A stretch of DNA of 64,000 nt from an uncultured Thermoleophilia bacterium (GCA_963742615.1 CAVUMS010000006.1:38877-102876), one strand, 5' to 3'. Counted from the first letter of the stretch, positions 8,734 to 19,028 are shown. The notes: generated from the letters alone by a model not told the origin. Made by a program: numbers and translations.

Positions 8734-11700
8734 TTACGCGATCGCCGACTCGCCGAGCAGCACTTTTACCTCGGCGTAGAAGTCGGGAGCAGGCCGCACC
8801 TTGTGCTGCGGGCCGAAGGCGTAGGTCTTCCGTCCCTGCGAGGTGACGCAGTCGACGAAGACGGGTGAGTCGCCCGGGAACTCGCGGATCACCTGGGCGA
8901 GCTCGCGGATGATCCCGGCGCGGATCGTGGTGGCGTCGACCTTCAGGCGCACCTCGCGCTTCTCGGCGACCGCCTCGAACGCGGCCACCTCCATCGCGAC
9001 GAGCTTCGTCTCGCCCTCCTTGCGGTCGACGCGGCCCTTGACGATCAGGATGCGGTCGGTCACGCAGAGCTCGCGCGCGTTCGCGTACGTCGAGTTGAAG
9101 ACGACGGTGTCGACGCCGCCGGTGACGTCCTCGATCCGCAGGAAGACCATCGCCTCGCCGCGCTTCGTCGTCATCTGGCGCATCGCGCTGACGATCCCGC
9201 CGATGATCACGACCTCTCCGTCGCGGCGGCGCTCGAGCTCGGCGATCGTCGTGTCGGCCTTGCGCCGCAGCTGGTCGCGGATCTCCGAGAGCGGGTGCTC
9301 GGTGACGTAGAGGCCGAGCACCTCCTTCTCCATCGCGAGGAGCTCGTTCTTCTCGAACTCGTCGGCCGCGATCGGCGCGTGCTTGCGCGGCTTCTCGTCG
9401 CTCTGGTCGAGGTCGAAGATCGAGCCCTGGCCGGCGAGCCGGTCGGCCTGGTACTTCTGGCCGGTGGCGAGCGCGCGGTCGAGCACCTCCCAGCTGCCCT
9501 TGCGCGAGCCTGGGATTGCGCCGCACTTGACGAGCGCCTCGACGACGCGCCGGTTCGCGATCCCCGAGTCGACGCGCTCGGTGAAGTCCCAGATCGACTC
9601 GAACGGGCCGTCCTCGTCGCGCGCGGCGATGATCACGCGGCACGCGCCCTCCCCCACGCCCTTCACGGCGTTGAGGCCGAAGCGGATCTTGCCGGCGACG
9701 ACGGCGAAGTCGGTCTGCGACTCGTTGACGTCGGGCGGCAGCACCTCGATCCCGAGCTCGTGGCACGCGTTGACGTAGAACGGCACGCGGTCCTTCGTGC
9801 TCATCACCGACGAGATGAGCGCGGCCATGTACTCGCACGGGTGGTTCGCGCGCAGCCACGCTGTTCTGTACGCGATCAGTGCGTAGCACGCGGCGTGCGA
9901 CTTGTTGAAGGAGTAGTCCTGCGACTTCTCCATGTCGTCCCACAGCTGCTTCGAGACCTGCTCGGAGGTCGAGTTGGCGATGCAGCCCTCGATGAACTTC
10001 GTCTTCAGCGACGCCATCAGCTTGTGGTCCTTCTTGGAGATGGCGCGGCGGAGGTCCTCGGCCTCGAAGAGCGAGAAGCCGGCGATCTCGCTCGCGATGT
10101 GCAGGCTCTGCTCCTGGTAGATCGAGATCGCGAAGGTGTTGCCGGTGATCGCCTTCAGGCGCGGGTCGATGTAGCTGATCGGCTCCTTGCCGTTCTTGCG
10201 GTTGGCGTAGCACGGGATGTACTGCATCGGGCCCGGCCGGTAGAGCGCGACGAGCGCGATCAGGTCCTCGAACTCGGTCGGCTTGACCTGGCGGAGCGCC
10301 TCGCGCATGCCCGACGACTCGAACTGGAAGACGCCGGTCGCCTCGCCCTTGGCGAGCATCGCGTAGGTCTTCTTGTCGTCCATCGGGATGGCGGAGATGT
10401 CGAGATTGCCGAGCAGCTCGCAGGCCTTGTCGATCACGTCGAGGTTGCGCAGGCCGAGGAAGTCCATCTTCAGCAGGCCGAGCGCCTCGATGTCCTTCAT
10501 CGGGAACTGGGTGACGACCTCCTGGTCGGCGCCCTTCTGCTGCAGCGGCACGATCGTCATCAGCGGCTCCGCGCCGATGACGACGCCGGCGGCGTGGATC
10601 GAGTCGGCGCGCGTCAGCCCTTCGAGCGGAATCGCGAGCTCGAGGATCTCCTTCGCCACCGGGTCGTCCCTGACGGCCTTCTGCAGCTCGCCCGCCTCGG
10701 CGAGCATCTGGCCGGGACCTTCCGGGATCAGCTTCGCGATCTTGTCGACGACGCCGTAGGGCACCTCGAGCACGCGGCCGGCGTCGCGGACGGCGGCGCG
10801 GGCGGCCATCGTCGAGAAGGTGATGATCTGCGCGACGCGGTCGCGGCCGTACTTCTCGGTGACGTAGTTGATGACGCGCTCGCGGCCGGCGACGGCGAAG
10901 TCGATGTCCATGTCGGGCATCGACTTGCGCCCCGGGTTGAGGAAGCGCTCGAACAGCAGGTCGTAGCGGATCGGGTCGATGTCGGTGATCTCGAGGCAGT
11001 AGGCGACGAGCGAGCCGGCGGCCGAGCCGCGGCCGGGGCCGACGCTGATCGAGTGCCCGCGCGCGAAGTGGATGAAGTCCCAGACGATCAGGAAGTAGTC
11101 GGTGAAGCCCATCTCCTTGATCGTCTTGAGCTCGTACTGCAGCCGTTCGTTCAGCTCCGAGGTCGCCTTGCCGTAGCGCTTTTGCAGGCCTTTCTCGCAG
11201 AGCTCGACGAGGTAGTCGAACGCGTCGCGGCCCTCGGGCGTCGGGTAGACGGGCAGCAGGATGCGGCCGAGCTCGAGCTCGACGTTGCAGCGCTCGGCGA
11301 TCTCGAGCGTGCGCCGCATCGCGTCTGAGTGGCCGGGGAAGTCGAGCGCCATCTCCTCGGGCGTCTTGAAGTAGAAGTGGTCGGTCTCGAACTTCCAGTG
11401 GTCGGGGTTCTTGAGCGAGTCGCCGGACTGGATGCAGAGCAGCGCCTCGTGCGCGCGCGCGTCCGAGTGGCGGAGGTAGTGCACGTCGCCGGTCGCGACG
11501 GTCGGCATCTTCGCCGCGGTCGCGAGCTCGACGAGCTGCGGGAGGATGCGCTCCTGTACCGGCAGGTGCGCGTTCTGCAGCTCGGCGTAGACGTTGTCGG
11601 CGCCGAACACCTGCTGCAGCCGGTCGAGCTCGGCGCGGGCGTCGTTCGGGCGGTTCTCCTCGAGCGCCTTGCACACCCTTCCGGAGAGGCAGCCGCTCAG

Positions 11701-12063
11701 CGCGATCACGCCGGCGCTGTGCTGCTCGAGCAGCTCCCAGTCGACGCGCGGCTTGTAGTAGTAGCCCTCGAGGTAGCCGAGCGACGAGAGCTTGATCAGG
11801 TTCGCGTAGCCGGCGTTGTCGGCGGCGAGCAGCGTGAGGTGCGCGTTGCCCTTCTCGTGCGCGCGGCGGTCGTCGGCGACGTAGACCTCGCAGCCGACGA
11901 CGGGCTTGACGCCGGTGCCGCGCGTCGCCTTCCAGAGCTGCACGGCGCCCGCCATCGAGCCGTGGTCGGTGAGGCTGACCGCCGGCATCTGGAGCTCCTC
12001 GGCCCGGGCGACGAGGTCGGAGATCCGGCAGGCGCCGTCGAGGATCGAGTACTCCGAGTGCAC
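8734..12063 (-). CDS. dnaE: DNA polymerase III alpha subunit
   Basis: Uninterrupted 1109-aa ORF with a PHP domain (HSEYSILDGA..SLTDHGSMAG) and the polymerase core through the C-terminal OB region. Conserved AEFVHLH is encoded in frame upstream of the GTG without a start codon. ATG 12109 is in another frame (see finding). Confidence 0.95.
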   Translation of the reverse strand: MHSEYSILDGACRISDLVARAEELQMPAVSLTDHGSMAGAVQLWKATRGTGVKPVVGCEVYVADDRRAHEKGNAHLTLLAADNAGYANLIKLSSLGYLEGYYYKPRVDWELLEQHSAGVIALSGCLSGRVCKALEENRPNDARAELDRLQQVFGADNVYAELQNAHLPVQERILPQLVELATAAKMPTVATGDVHYLRHSDARAHEALLCIQSGDSLKNPDHWKFETDHFYFKTPEEMALDFPGHSDAMRRTLEIAERCNVELELGRILLPVYPTPEGRDAFDYLVELCEKGLQKRYGKATSELNERLQYELKTIKEMGFTDYFLIVWDFIHFARGHSISVGPGRGSAAGSLVAYCLEITDIDPIRYDLLFERFLNPGRKSMPDMDIDFAVAGRERVINYVTEKYGRDRVAQIITFSTMAARAAVRDAGRVLEVPYGVVDKIAKLIPEGPGQMLAEAGELQKAVRDDPVAKEILELAIPLEGLTRADSIHAAGVVIGAEPLMTIVPLQQKGADQEVVTQFPMKDIEALGLLKMDFLGLRNLDVIDKACELLGNLDISAIPMDDKKTYAMLAKGEATGVFQFESSGMREALRQVKPTEFEDLIALVALYRPGPMQYIPCYANRKNGKEPISYIDPRLKAITGNTFAISIYQEQSLHIASEIAGFSLFEAEDLRRAISKKDHKLMASLKTKFIEGCIANSTSEQVSKQLWDDMEKSQDYSFNKSHAACYALIAYRTAWLRANHPCEYMAALISSVMSTKDRVPFYVNACHELGIEVLPPDVNESQTDFAVVAGKIRFGLNAVKGVGEGACRVIIAARDEDGPFESIWDFTERVDSGIANRRVVEALVKCGAIPGSRKGSWEVLDRALATGQKYQADRLAGQGSIFDLDQSDEKPRKHAPIAADEFEKNELLAMEKEVLGLYVTEHPLSEIRDQLRRKADTTIAELERRRDGEVVIIGGIVSAMRQMTTKRGEAMVFLRIEDVTGGVDTVVFNSTYANARELCVTDRILIVKGRVDRKEGETKLVAMEVAAFEAVAEKREVRLKVDATTIRAGIIRELAQVIREFPGDSPVFVDCVTSQGRKTYAFGPQHKVRPAPDFYAEVKVLLGESAIA

Positions 12064-12203
12064 GTGGAGGTGGACGAACTCGGCAGTGACTCGAAGAGGC
12101 GGTGGCCATCGCGGAGGGTCAGTTTACGGAGCGGTCCTGACGGGCCCGAAGAGCCCGGTCTCAGGGCGCCTTGCAGCTGCAATCAGCCCAGAAAGGTTGA
12201 TCA

Positions 12204-12250
12204 CCCCCGTGGTAAGGAGGGGGTCGACGGTTCGAGTCCGTCATAGGCTA
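12204..12250 (+). tRNA. tRNA-Thr(GGU)-like 3' fragment (orphan anticodon arm to acceptor 3' strand); not a complete tRNA
   Basis: The anticodon arm is ccccc/gtggtaa/ggagg, with U33, anticodon GGU, A37 and one C-A mismatch. The variable loop is gggtc. The T arm gacgg/ttcgagt/ccgtc is perfect. The acceptor 3' strand is ataggct plus discriminator a. No complementary 5' acceptor strand (AGCCTAT or a G-U variant) occurs in the 100 nt upstream. Confidence 0.4.
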
Positions 12251-12333
12251 AAGCCGTCTCGACATCACCCTGGACGGCAACACCGCATGGGGCTGCCCAA
12301 GGCTCGCTCGACGCCGTCCCCACGAAGTGTCGC

Positions 12334-14804
12334 TCACCTGTACGACAGGCTGGCCAACGTCATCGCGTCCACCTCTGACCGTCCACCGCTGACGTCGCGA
12401 CGCGCCTGTCGGGACGAGTAGTCGCGCTCGGCCTTGTGCAGGTCGACGAAGAACACGTCGCTCTTCGCCTGCGGAACCCAGAGGATTCCGCCCTGGGTGA
12501 CCTTCGGCTTCACGCCTTCGCCGAAGCCGAGCGCGGCGACGACTTCCTGCCGGGAGTAGCGCGCGTGGAGCGTGAGCGGGATCTCGGCCGGCAGGGGCGA
12601 CGGCGAGGCCGGCGTGCTCGACCGCTGCGTCGATGACGTCGAGCAGCTCGAGGAGCTCGTCGCGGACCGCGTCCTCGCGCCAGAGCGCCTCGAGAAAGTC
12701 CGCGAGCGACTCGCGGCCGGCTGCGCCGGAGCCGAGGCCCCAGGCGAGCATCGTCAGCAGCCGCTGCTGACGCTCGTCGAGGTCGCTCTCGCGCGGCGGC
12801 TGCGTCGCTCGAAGCAGCTGTCGCGGTAGAACGCGACTCGCTCGGGATCGTCGACGTGCGTCAGCCGAGCGAGCGCTCTCAGCGTCCGCGCTTCGAGCGC
12901 CGGGTCCGCGGCGGGCGCGGTCGTCCGACCGGCGTCGCGGCGCAGTTGCGTCCAGCTTGCCGCTGCGGTAGACGTCCTCGAGCCGATGGTCGTGGCGATC
13001 CAGGAACTCGACGAGCTCGAGTGCTGTCCGGCTCCGTCCGGAGATCGGCGACGAGCGTCGCCCAGCGCGAGCGGCGGACGGCTGCTCGAGGTTGTCGAGC
13101 ACGATCTCGCGGCTCTGGCGGTCGAGGTCGACGGTGCAGCCGGCCGGCAGGAACGGGAAGTCGGCCGCGACCTGGTCGACGACCGGGCCGCGGCGCGGTC
13201 GACGATCGCGCTGCAGGCGGTCTTCGAAGCGGAACTCGCGGCGGTGCTGGCCGATCAGGTCGATGACCGTCAGGTGGCTCTTGCCGGCGGCACGGCGCAG
13301 ACCGCGGCCGAGCTGCTGGGTGAACACCGTCGCGGACGCTGTCGGGCGAAGCAGCAGGACGCAGTCGACGTCGGGCACGTCGACGCCTTCGCCGAGCACC
13401 TCGACGGAGAAGACGCAGCGCAGCCGACCTGCCCGCAGATCGCGCGAGGCGCCGGTCGCGCTCGTCGGGCGGGTCGTCGCCGGTGAGCGCGACGCTCTCG
13501 AGGCCGGCCTCGGTGAACTTCCGCGCCATGTAGCGCGCGTGCTCCTTGGAGACGCAGAAGCCGAGCGCGCGCATCGCGCCGGGGTCGAGCACGATGCGCT
13601 CGACCGCCTCCAGGAGCTTCGCGACGCGCAGGTCGTCGTTCGAGAGGACGTTGCTGAGCTCCTCGAGCGACGTAGCCGCCACGCCGCCAGGTGAGCTGGC
13701 TGAGGTCGGTTCCGTCGGCGACGCCGAAGTACTGGAACGGCACGAGGAAGCCCTGGTCGATCGCCTCCCAGAGCCGCAGCTCGACGGCGATGCGCTGGTC
13801 GAACCACTCGGTGACGTCCTGGCCGTCGAGCCGCTCGGGCGTCGCGGTGAGCCCGAGCAGCTCTTGCGGCTCGAGGTGCTTGAGCAGCCGGTCGTAGGTC
13901 GCGCGGCGGCGTGGTGGAACTCGTCGACGACGACGACGTCGAACGTGTCCGGCGCGATCTGCTCCGAGCCGCGCCTCGTGCAGCGACTGGACCATCGCGA
14001 AGACGTGCCGCCCTGCGGCGATCCGGCCGCCGCCGTGGATCTCGCCGAACGACGCCGTCGCGCAGGACGGCGCGGAACGTCGCCAGCGACTGCCTGAGGA
14101 TCTCCTCGCGGTGCGCGACGAACAGCAGCGACAGGTCGCGGCCGCGCGGTCGACGAGCTGCCGGTAGTCGAGCGCGGCGACGACGGTCTTGCCGGTGCCG
14201 GTCGCGGCGACGACGAGATTGCGGTGACGGTCGTGGCGCTCGCGCTCGACCGTGAGCGCCTCGAGCATCCGCTGCTGGTGCGGGTACGGGCGCACGTCGA
14301 GGTTCGCGAACGAGATCGTCGAGGCCTCGCCCAGCGAGCGGCGATCGTGCTCGCGAGCGCCTGCGGCCGAGCTCGTCGCCGTTGACGGCCGGGTCGTAGG
14401 CCTCGAAGTGCTCCGAGGCCCAGTGGCTCTCGAAGGTCATCCGGACGCGGTCGATGACATGCGCCGCGTCGATCGACGAGAGCCGCACGTTCCACTCGAG
14501 CCCGTCGAACAGCGCCGTGTGCGAGAGGTTCGACGAGCCGACGAACGCCGTGCTCAGCCCGCGACGCGCGCTCGAGCAGCCACGCCTTCGCGTGCAGCTT
14601 CGTCGTCCGCGCGTCGAACGCGACGCGGACGTCGGCGCCGAGCGCGCACGAGCTCGTCGACGGCGCGCTTCTCGCGTCGCGCCCATGTACGTCGTCGTGA
14701 TCACCCGGACCCGGCCGCCGCGCGTCCATGACGCCGCGAGCGCCTCGCGGAGGTGGCGGACGCCGGACCAGATCGACGAACGCGCAGATCAGGTCGACGA
14801 TCTG
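12334..14804 (-). pseudogene. PLD-nuclease / SF2 helicase / DUF3427-like protein, N-terminally truncated, at least 10 frameshifts
   Basis: Conserved blocks are scattered over all three reverse frames (ORFs 12248..14704, 12879..14906, 13270..14295). They include the PLD motifs (QIVDLICAF, ITTTYMGAT, TKLHAKAWLLE, FVGSSNLSHTAL), helicase motif I (VVAATGTGKT) and motif II (VVVDEFHH), LGLTATPER, and FSVEVLGEGVDVPDVDCVLLLRPTAS. The C-terminal block is GVKPKVTQGGILWVPQAKSDVFFVDLHKAERDYS. Confidence 0.75.
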
Positions 14805-15120
14805 TGTCCTGAAGGAGACCCGACTGCTCGATGCAGCCCACATCATTGGCGATGTAGATCCGGCCGGCGAGCCGGTGATCTCAAACGGGCTCAGTCTCTG
14901 CTCCATCCATCACCGGGCGCTTGACGAGGATCTGATCGGAGTCTCGCCCAACTACGTGGTGCAGGTTCATCCGCGCCTCCGCGACGAAGAGGACGGACCG
15001 ATGCTCGCGGTTCTCAAGGAAGCACACGGTGCGTCCATCGTCGTGCCGCGGCGGCGTGAATGGCATCCTGATCGTGAGTTGCTCGCGCTCCGGTTCGAAC
15101 GGTTCCAGGCCGCTGGCTGA
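14803..15120 (+). pseudogene. HNH endonuclease (HNH_2-like) fragment lacking its 5' part
   Basis: The C-terminal part of ORF 14728..15120 reads CVLKETRLLDAAHIIGD..NGLSLCSIHHRALDEDLIGVSPNYVVQVHPRL..DGPML. The sequence 5' of about 14803 is the reverse complement of the helicase PLD domain, so no plausible start is present. Confidence 0.65.
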
Positions 15121-15142
15121 CCCCCACGTCGCGCTGACAGCG

Positions 15143-16096
15143 TTAGGCCGCGGACAGGCCCGCGCCGAGCCCGAGCAGCAGCCCGTCGGCGACCGACCGC
15201 CGGGCTCGAGGTGATGAAGAGCACGACGCCGTCCTGCGGCGCGACGATCTCCTCGAGCACGTCGCCCCAGAGGTCGCGGATCCGCGCCGAGCAGCTGGCC
15301 GCTCGGCCACCTCGTCGCCCGCCTCGACCGTCCAGCTCCCACCAGCCCGCCGTCCGGCGAGCGCAGCCAGACGAAGCTGCCGACCTGCCGCTGGTCCGCG
15401 CGGCGGCGGATCCGGCGTCGCCGGGCAGCATCCCGAGCTGCCGCAGCGCGTTCGCGCACGCCCGTCGACGAGCAGCGACGTCGCCTGCTCCTCGAGCAGG
15501 CCGCGCCCGCCGGCCTCGGCGATCACGCCCGGGATGCCCGCCTGCGGCCGCCGCGCTCGTCGTCATCCCGCCGAGGCCGCCTCGGTCGCGCTCCTCGCGC
15601 ACGACGTACGGCAGGTCGAACGCGACCGCGAGCTCGTGCGCCCGCTCCTCGACCGGCGACGCGTCGTAGATCGCGAACGGCTCCAGCGCCTCGACCATGG
15701 TCGCCGCCGTGCAGGTCGAGCAGCACGTCGGCCGGCTCGATCAGCTCGTCGAAGATCGACGCGCGCGAGCACGTCGCGTGTACGTGCCGTCGTACGAGCC
15801 CGGGAAGCAGCGGTTCAGGTTCTTGCCGTCCTCCGGCACGACGAACGGCGAGCGCTGCCGGAACGACTCCATGCTCACGACCGGCACCGCCGTGATCGTG
15901 CCCGGCGAGCTCGCTCGTGTCGAGCTCGTTCATGAACCGCGTCACCGCGGCGATCGACGAGTACTCGCAGCCGTGGATGCCGCCGATCAGCGACAGCTGC
16001 GGCCCGTCGCGCCGCGCCGCGCGCCTCGAAGCGCGGGATGCTCGAGCCCCGCGAGCAGCTCGTGCTCGAAGCACGATCGTGCGTCCGCTCGATCAT
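15143..16096 (-). pseudogene. Succinylglutamate desuccinylase/aspartoacylase (AstE/M14-like) family protein, multiple frameshifts
   Basis: Blocks are GPQLSLIGGIHGCEYSSIAAVTRFMNEL, IFDELIEPADVLLDLHGGD, MVEALEPFAIYDASPVEERAHELAVAFDLPYVV, RNALRQLGMLPGD and WGDVLEEIVAPQDGVVLFITSSP, spread across ORFs 15523..16074, 14967..15698 and 15143..15526. ATG 16096 overlaps the stop of the upstream ATPase gene (ATGA). Confidence 0.65.
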
Positions 16097-17134
16097 CGTC
16101 GCCTCCTCCAGTCGACCTCGGGAACGTGCGCCGGCGGCCGCTCCGTCCACGCGAAGTGGCAGGCGGCGACGTGCTCCGGCCGCTGGCCCGGCACGAGCGC
16201 CGGATCCTCGGTCGAGCAGAGCGGCTCCTGCGCGATCGGGCAGCGCGGATGGAAGCGGCAGCCGGTCGGCAGGTCGATCGGGCTCGGCGGGTCGCCGACG
16301 ACGCCCGCGGCTCTGCGACGCGCGGCCCGGAACGAGCCGCGGGACCGCGCGTCAGCAGCCCCTGCGTGTACGGATGCCGCGGGTTCGTGAACAGCTCGTC
16401 GGTCGGCGCCGTCCTCGACGATCCGCCCCAGGTACATCACCGCGACGCGGTCGCACGACGTGCCGCACGACCGCCATGTTGTGCGCGATCAGCAGCACCG
16501 TCAGCCCGAGCTTCTCCCGCAGCTCCTCGAGCAGGTTCAGCACCGTCGCCTGCACCGAGACGTCGAGCGCCGACACCGGCTCGTCGGCGACGAGCAGCTC
16601 CGGCTCGAGCGCCAGCGCGCGCGCGATCGCACACGCGCTGCCGCTGCCCGCCCGAGAACTGCCGCGGGTGCGCGTCGAGCGCGCGCGGGCCGAGCCCGAC
16701 GAGGTCGAGCAGCTCGCGGCAGCGCGCGTCGACCCGCTCCTTCGGCACCATCTCGTGCGCGCGCAGCAGCTCGGCGAGCGTCTGCCGCACCGTCATGCGC
16801 GGGTTGAGCGACGAGTACGGATCCTGGAACACCATCTGGATCCGCCGGCGCTGTCGCGCGCTCGCGCTTCGCCGTCAGCGCCTGCGCCCTCGATAGCGGA
16901 CCGTCGCCCGCCGTCGGCTCGTACAGGCCGACGATGCAGCGGCCGAGCGTCGACTTGCCGCAGCCGGACTCGCCGACGAGCCCGAGCGTCTCGCCGCGCG
17001 CGAGCTCGAGGTCGACGCCGTCGACCGCGCGCAGCACCTCCGCGGCTTCCCGCGCACGCGCCGCGGCCGACGCCCGCCGCGCAGCGCGAAGTGCACGTGC
17101 AGGTCGTCGCAGCCTCGAGCAGCGGCTCAGCCAC
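16093..17134 (-). pseudogene. Oligopeptide/dipeptide ABC transporter ATP-binding protein (OppF/DppF-like), multiple frameshifts
   Basis: Blocks are [46 protein letters not shown], the signature region ([12 protein letters not shown]), [39 protein letters not shown] and the C-terminal [18 protein letters not shown]. They span ORFs 16093..16440, 16352..16576, 16437..16835 and 16875..17096. The GTG start at 17134 is approximate. Confidence 0.8.
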
Positions 17135-17141
17135 TCGGCGA

Positions 17142-18155
17142 TCACCGGCTCGCGCCGCACGTCCGTCGGCGCACGCGCTCGTGGTGGAGGCACGCCGCCG
17201 CGCGGTCGCCGCCGAGCTCGACGCAGCGGGACCGCGCCCGTCGAGGCAGTCGTCCTGCACGAACGGGCAGCGCGGGTGGAAGCGGCAGCCCGGCGGCGGC
17301 GACGGCGAGGTCGGGCGGCGCGCCGGGGATCGACGACGAGCGTGCTCGCGCACGACGTCGAAGTCGGGCACCGAGCGCAGCAGGCCGAGCGTGTACGGAT
17401 GCCGCGGCTCGCGGAAGACGTCGTCGACCGCGCCCGTCTCGACCACCTGGCCCGCGTACATGACGGCGACGCCGCCGGCACGTCTGCGCGATCACCGCGA
17501 GGTCGTGCGAGACGAACACGAGGCTGACGCCGAGCTCGCGCTGCAGCGTGCTGCAGCAGCTTCAGGATCTGATCCTGGATCGTCACGTCGAGCGCCGTCG
17601 TCGGCTCGTCGCAGAGGATCAGCTTCGGGTCGCCCGAGAGCGCGATCGCGATCATCACGCGCTGGCGCAGCCCGCCCGAGAGCTCGTGCGGGTACGCCTC
17701 GGCGCGGCGCTTCGGGTCGGGGATGCCGACGAGCGCGCATCAGCTCGAGCGCGCGCGCCTGCGCGCTGCGCCGCGACGTGCCCGAGCCGCACGAGCGGCT
17801 CCTCGGCGATCTGGTCGCCGACGCGCATCACCGGGTTGAGCGCCGTCATCGGCTCCTGGAAGATCATCGACGACGCGTCGTGCCGCGCAGCTCGCGCCGC
17901 GTGTCCTCGCTCGGCGGCGGTCACGTCGACGCCGTCGAACTCGATCGTGCCGCCGGTGAGCCGCGCCGCCGCGCGGCAGCAGGCCGACGAGCGCGCGCAG
18001 CGCCATCGTCTTGCCCGAGCCCGACTCGCCGACGAGCCCGAGCGCCTCGCCCGGCTCGACGTCGAACGAGACGCCGTCGACCGCGCGCAGCGACGCCGCG
18101 CGCGAGCGGGAACTCGACCCGCAGGTCGCGGACGCGGAGCAGCGGCTCGCGTCAC
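17142..18155 (-). pseudogene. Oligopeptide/dipeptide ABC transporter ATP-binding protein (OppD/DppD-like), multiple frameshifts
   Basis: Blocks are [26 protein letters not shown] (read in a shifted frame), [105 protein letters not shown] and [19 protein letters not shown] 18155 overlaps the permease stop (GTGA). Confidence 0.8.
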
Positions 18156-19028
18156 TCGGGCCTCAGCAGGTCGGCGAGCCCGTCGGCGAGCAGCGAGAGC
18201 CCGAGCGCGGTGATCACGACCGCGATCCCGGGGAACGTCGAGAGCTCCCAGTGCGTCGTCAGGTACGTCTGCCCGTCGGCGATCATCGTCCCCCAGTCCG
18301 GCGTCGGCGGCTGCACGCCGAGCCCGAGGTAGCCGAGCGTGACGATCGCGAGGATGTCGAGCACGATGTCCGAGCATCGCGAAGACGATCGCCTGCGTGA
18401 TCACGTTCGGCAGCAGGTGGCGGAAGAGGATGCGCGCGTCCGAGAGCCCGCCGGCACTCGCCGCGAGCACGTAGTCGCGCCGCTTCGCGACGAGCACCTC
18501 GCCGCGGATGATCCGCGTGTACGAGACCCAGCCGACGATCGTGATCGCGATGTAGATGTTGCGCGTGCCCGGAGCCGAGCGCGAAGACGAGCGCGATGAT
18601 CAGCACGTAGAACGGGAACGCGACGACGACGTTGACGAGCCAGCTCGCGATCGTGTCGATCCAGCCGCCGTAGTAGCCGGCGAGCGAGCCCGATCATCGT
18701 GCCGATGATGAACGGGAAGCAGCACGGCGAGGAACGCGATGCGCAGGTCGGTGCGCGCGCCGTAGACGAGCCGCGACCAGACGTCGCGGCCGAGGTCGTC
18801 GGTGCCGAGCCAGTGCGAGCTCGACGGGCCCTGCAGCGTGTGCAGCAGGTCCTGGCTCGGTCGGGTCGTGCTGCGTGATCAGCGGCGCGGCGAGCGCCGC
18901 GAGCACGATCAGCCCGAGGATCGTCACGCCGGCGACGAAGCTCGGCGTGCGGTACCAGCGGCGGCGGAAGCCGCGCCGGTGCTCGATGACCGGCGCCTCG
19001 ACGACGGTCTTCGGCGGCGACGCGCCAT
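18152..19028 (-). pseudogene. ABC transporter permease (DppC/OppC-like), multiple frameshifts
   Basis: Blocks are TILGLIVLAALAAPLITQHDPTEP, IGLARRL.., MLIIALVFALGSG, LVAKRRDYVLAASAGGLSDARILFRHLLPNVITQAIVFAML and [69 protein letters not shown] (ORF 18152..18364). ATG 19028 overlaps the upstream stop. Confidence 0.8.

Noticed and set aside
12157-12250. A complete tRNA gene, with the 5' acceptor at 12157-12163 or 12173-12179.
   Set aside because: The acceptor pairs at only 5 of 7 positions at best. The molecule would be 94 nt with no canonical D arm or U8, and the alternative 76-nt register has no acceptor pairing at all. Only the 3' two thirds is tRNA-like.
14728-14802. Met 14728 as the true start of the HNH protein, and Met 14906 as the true start of the helicase.
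   Set aside because: Both N-terminal extensions are simply the antisense translation of the other gene's conserved domain (Arg/Gly-rich or nonsense sequence), so neither is a credible native start.
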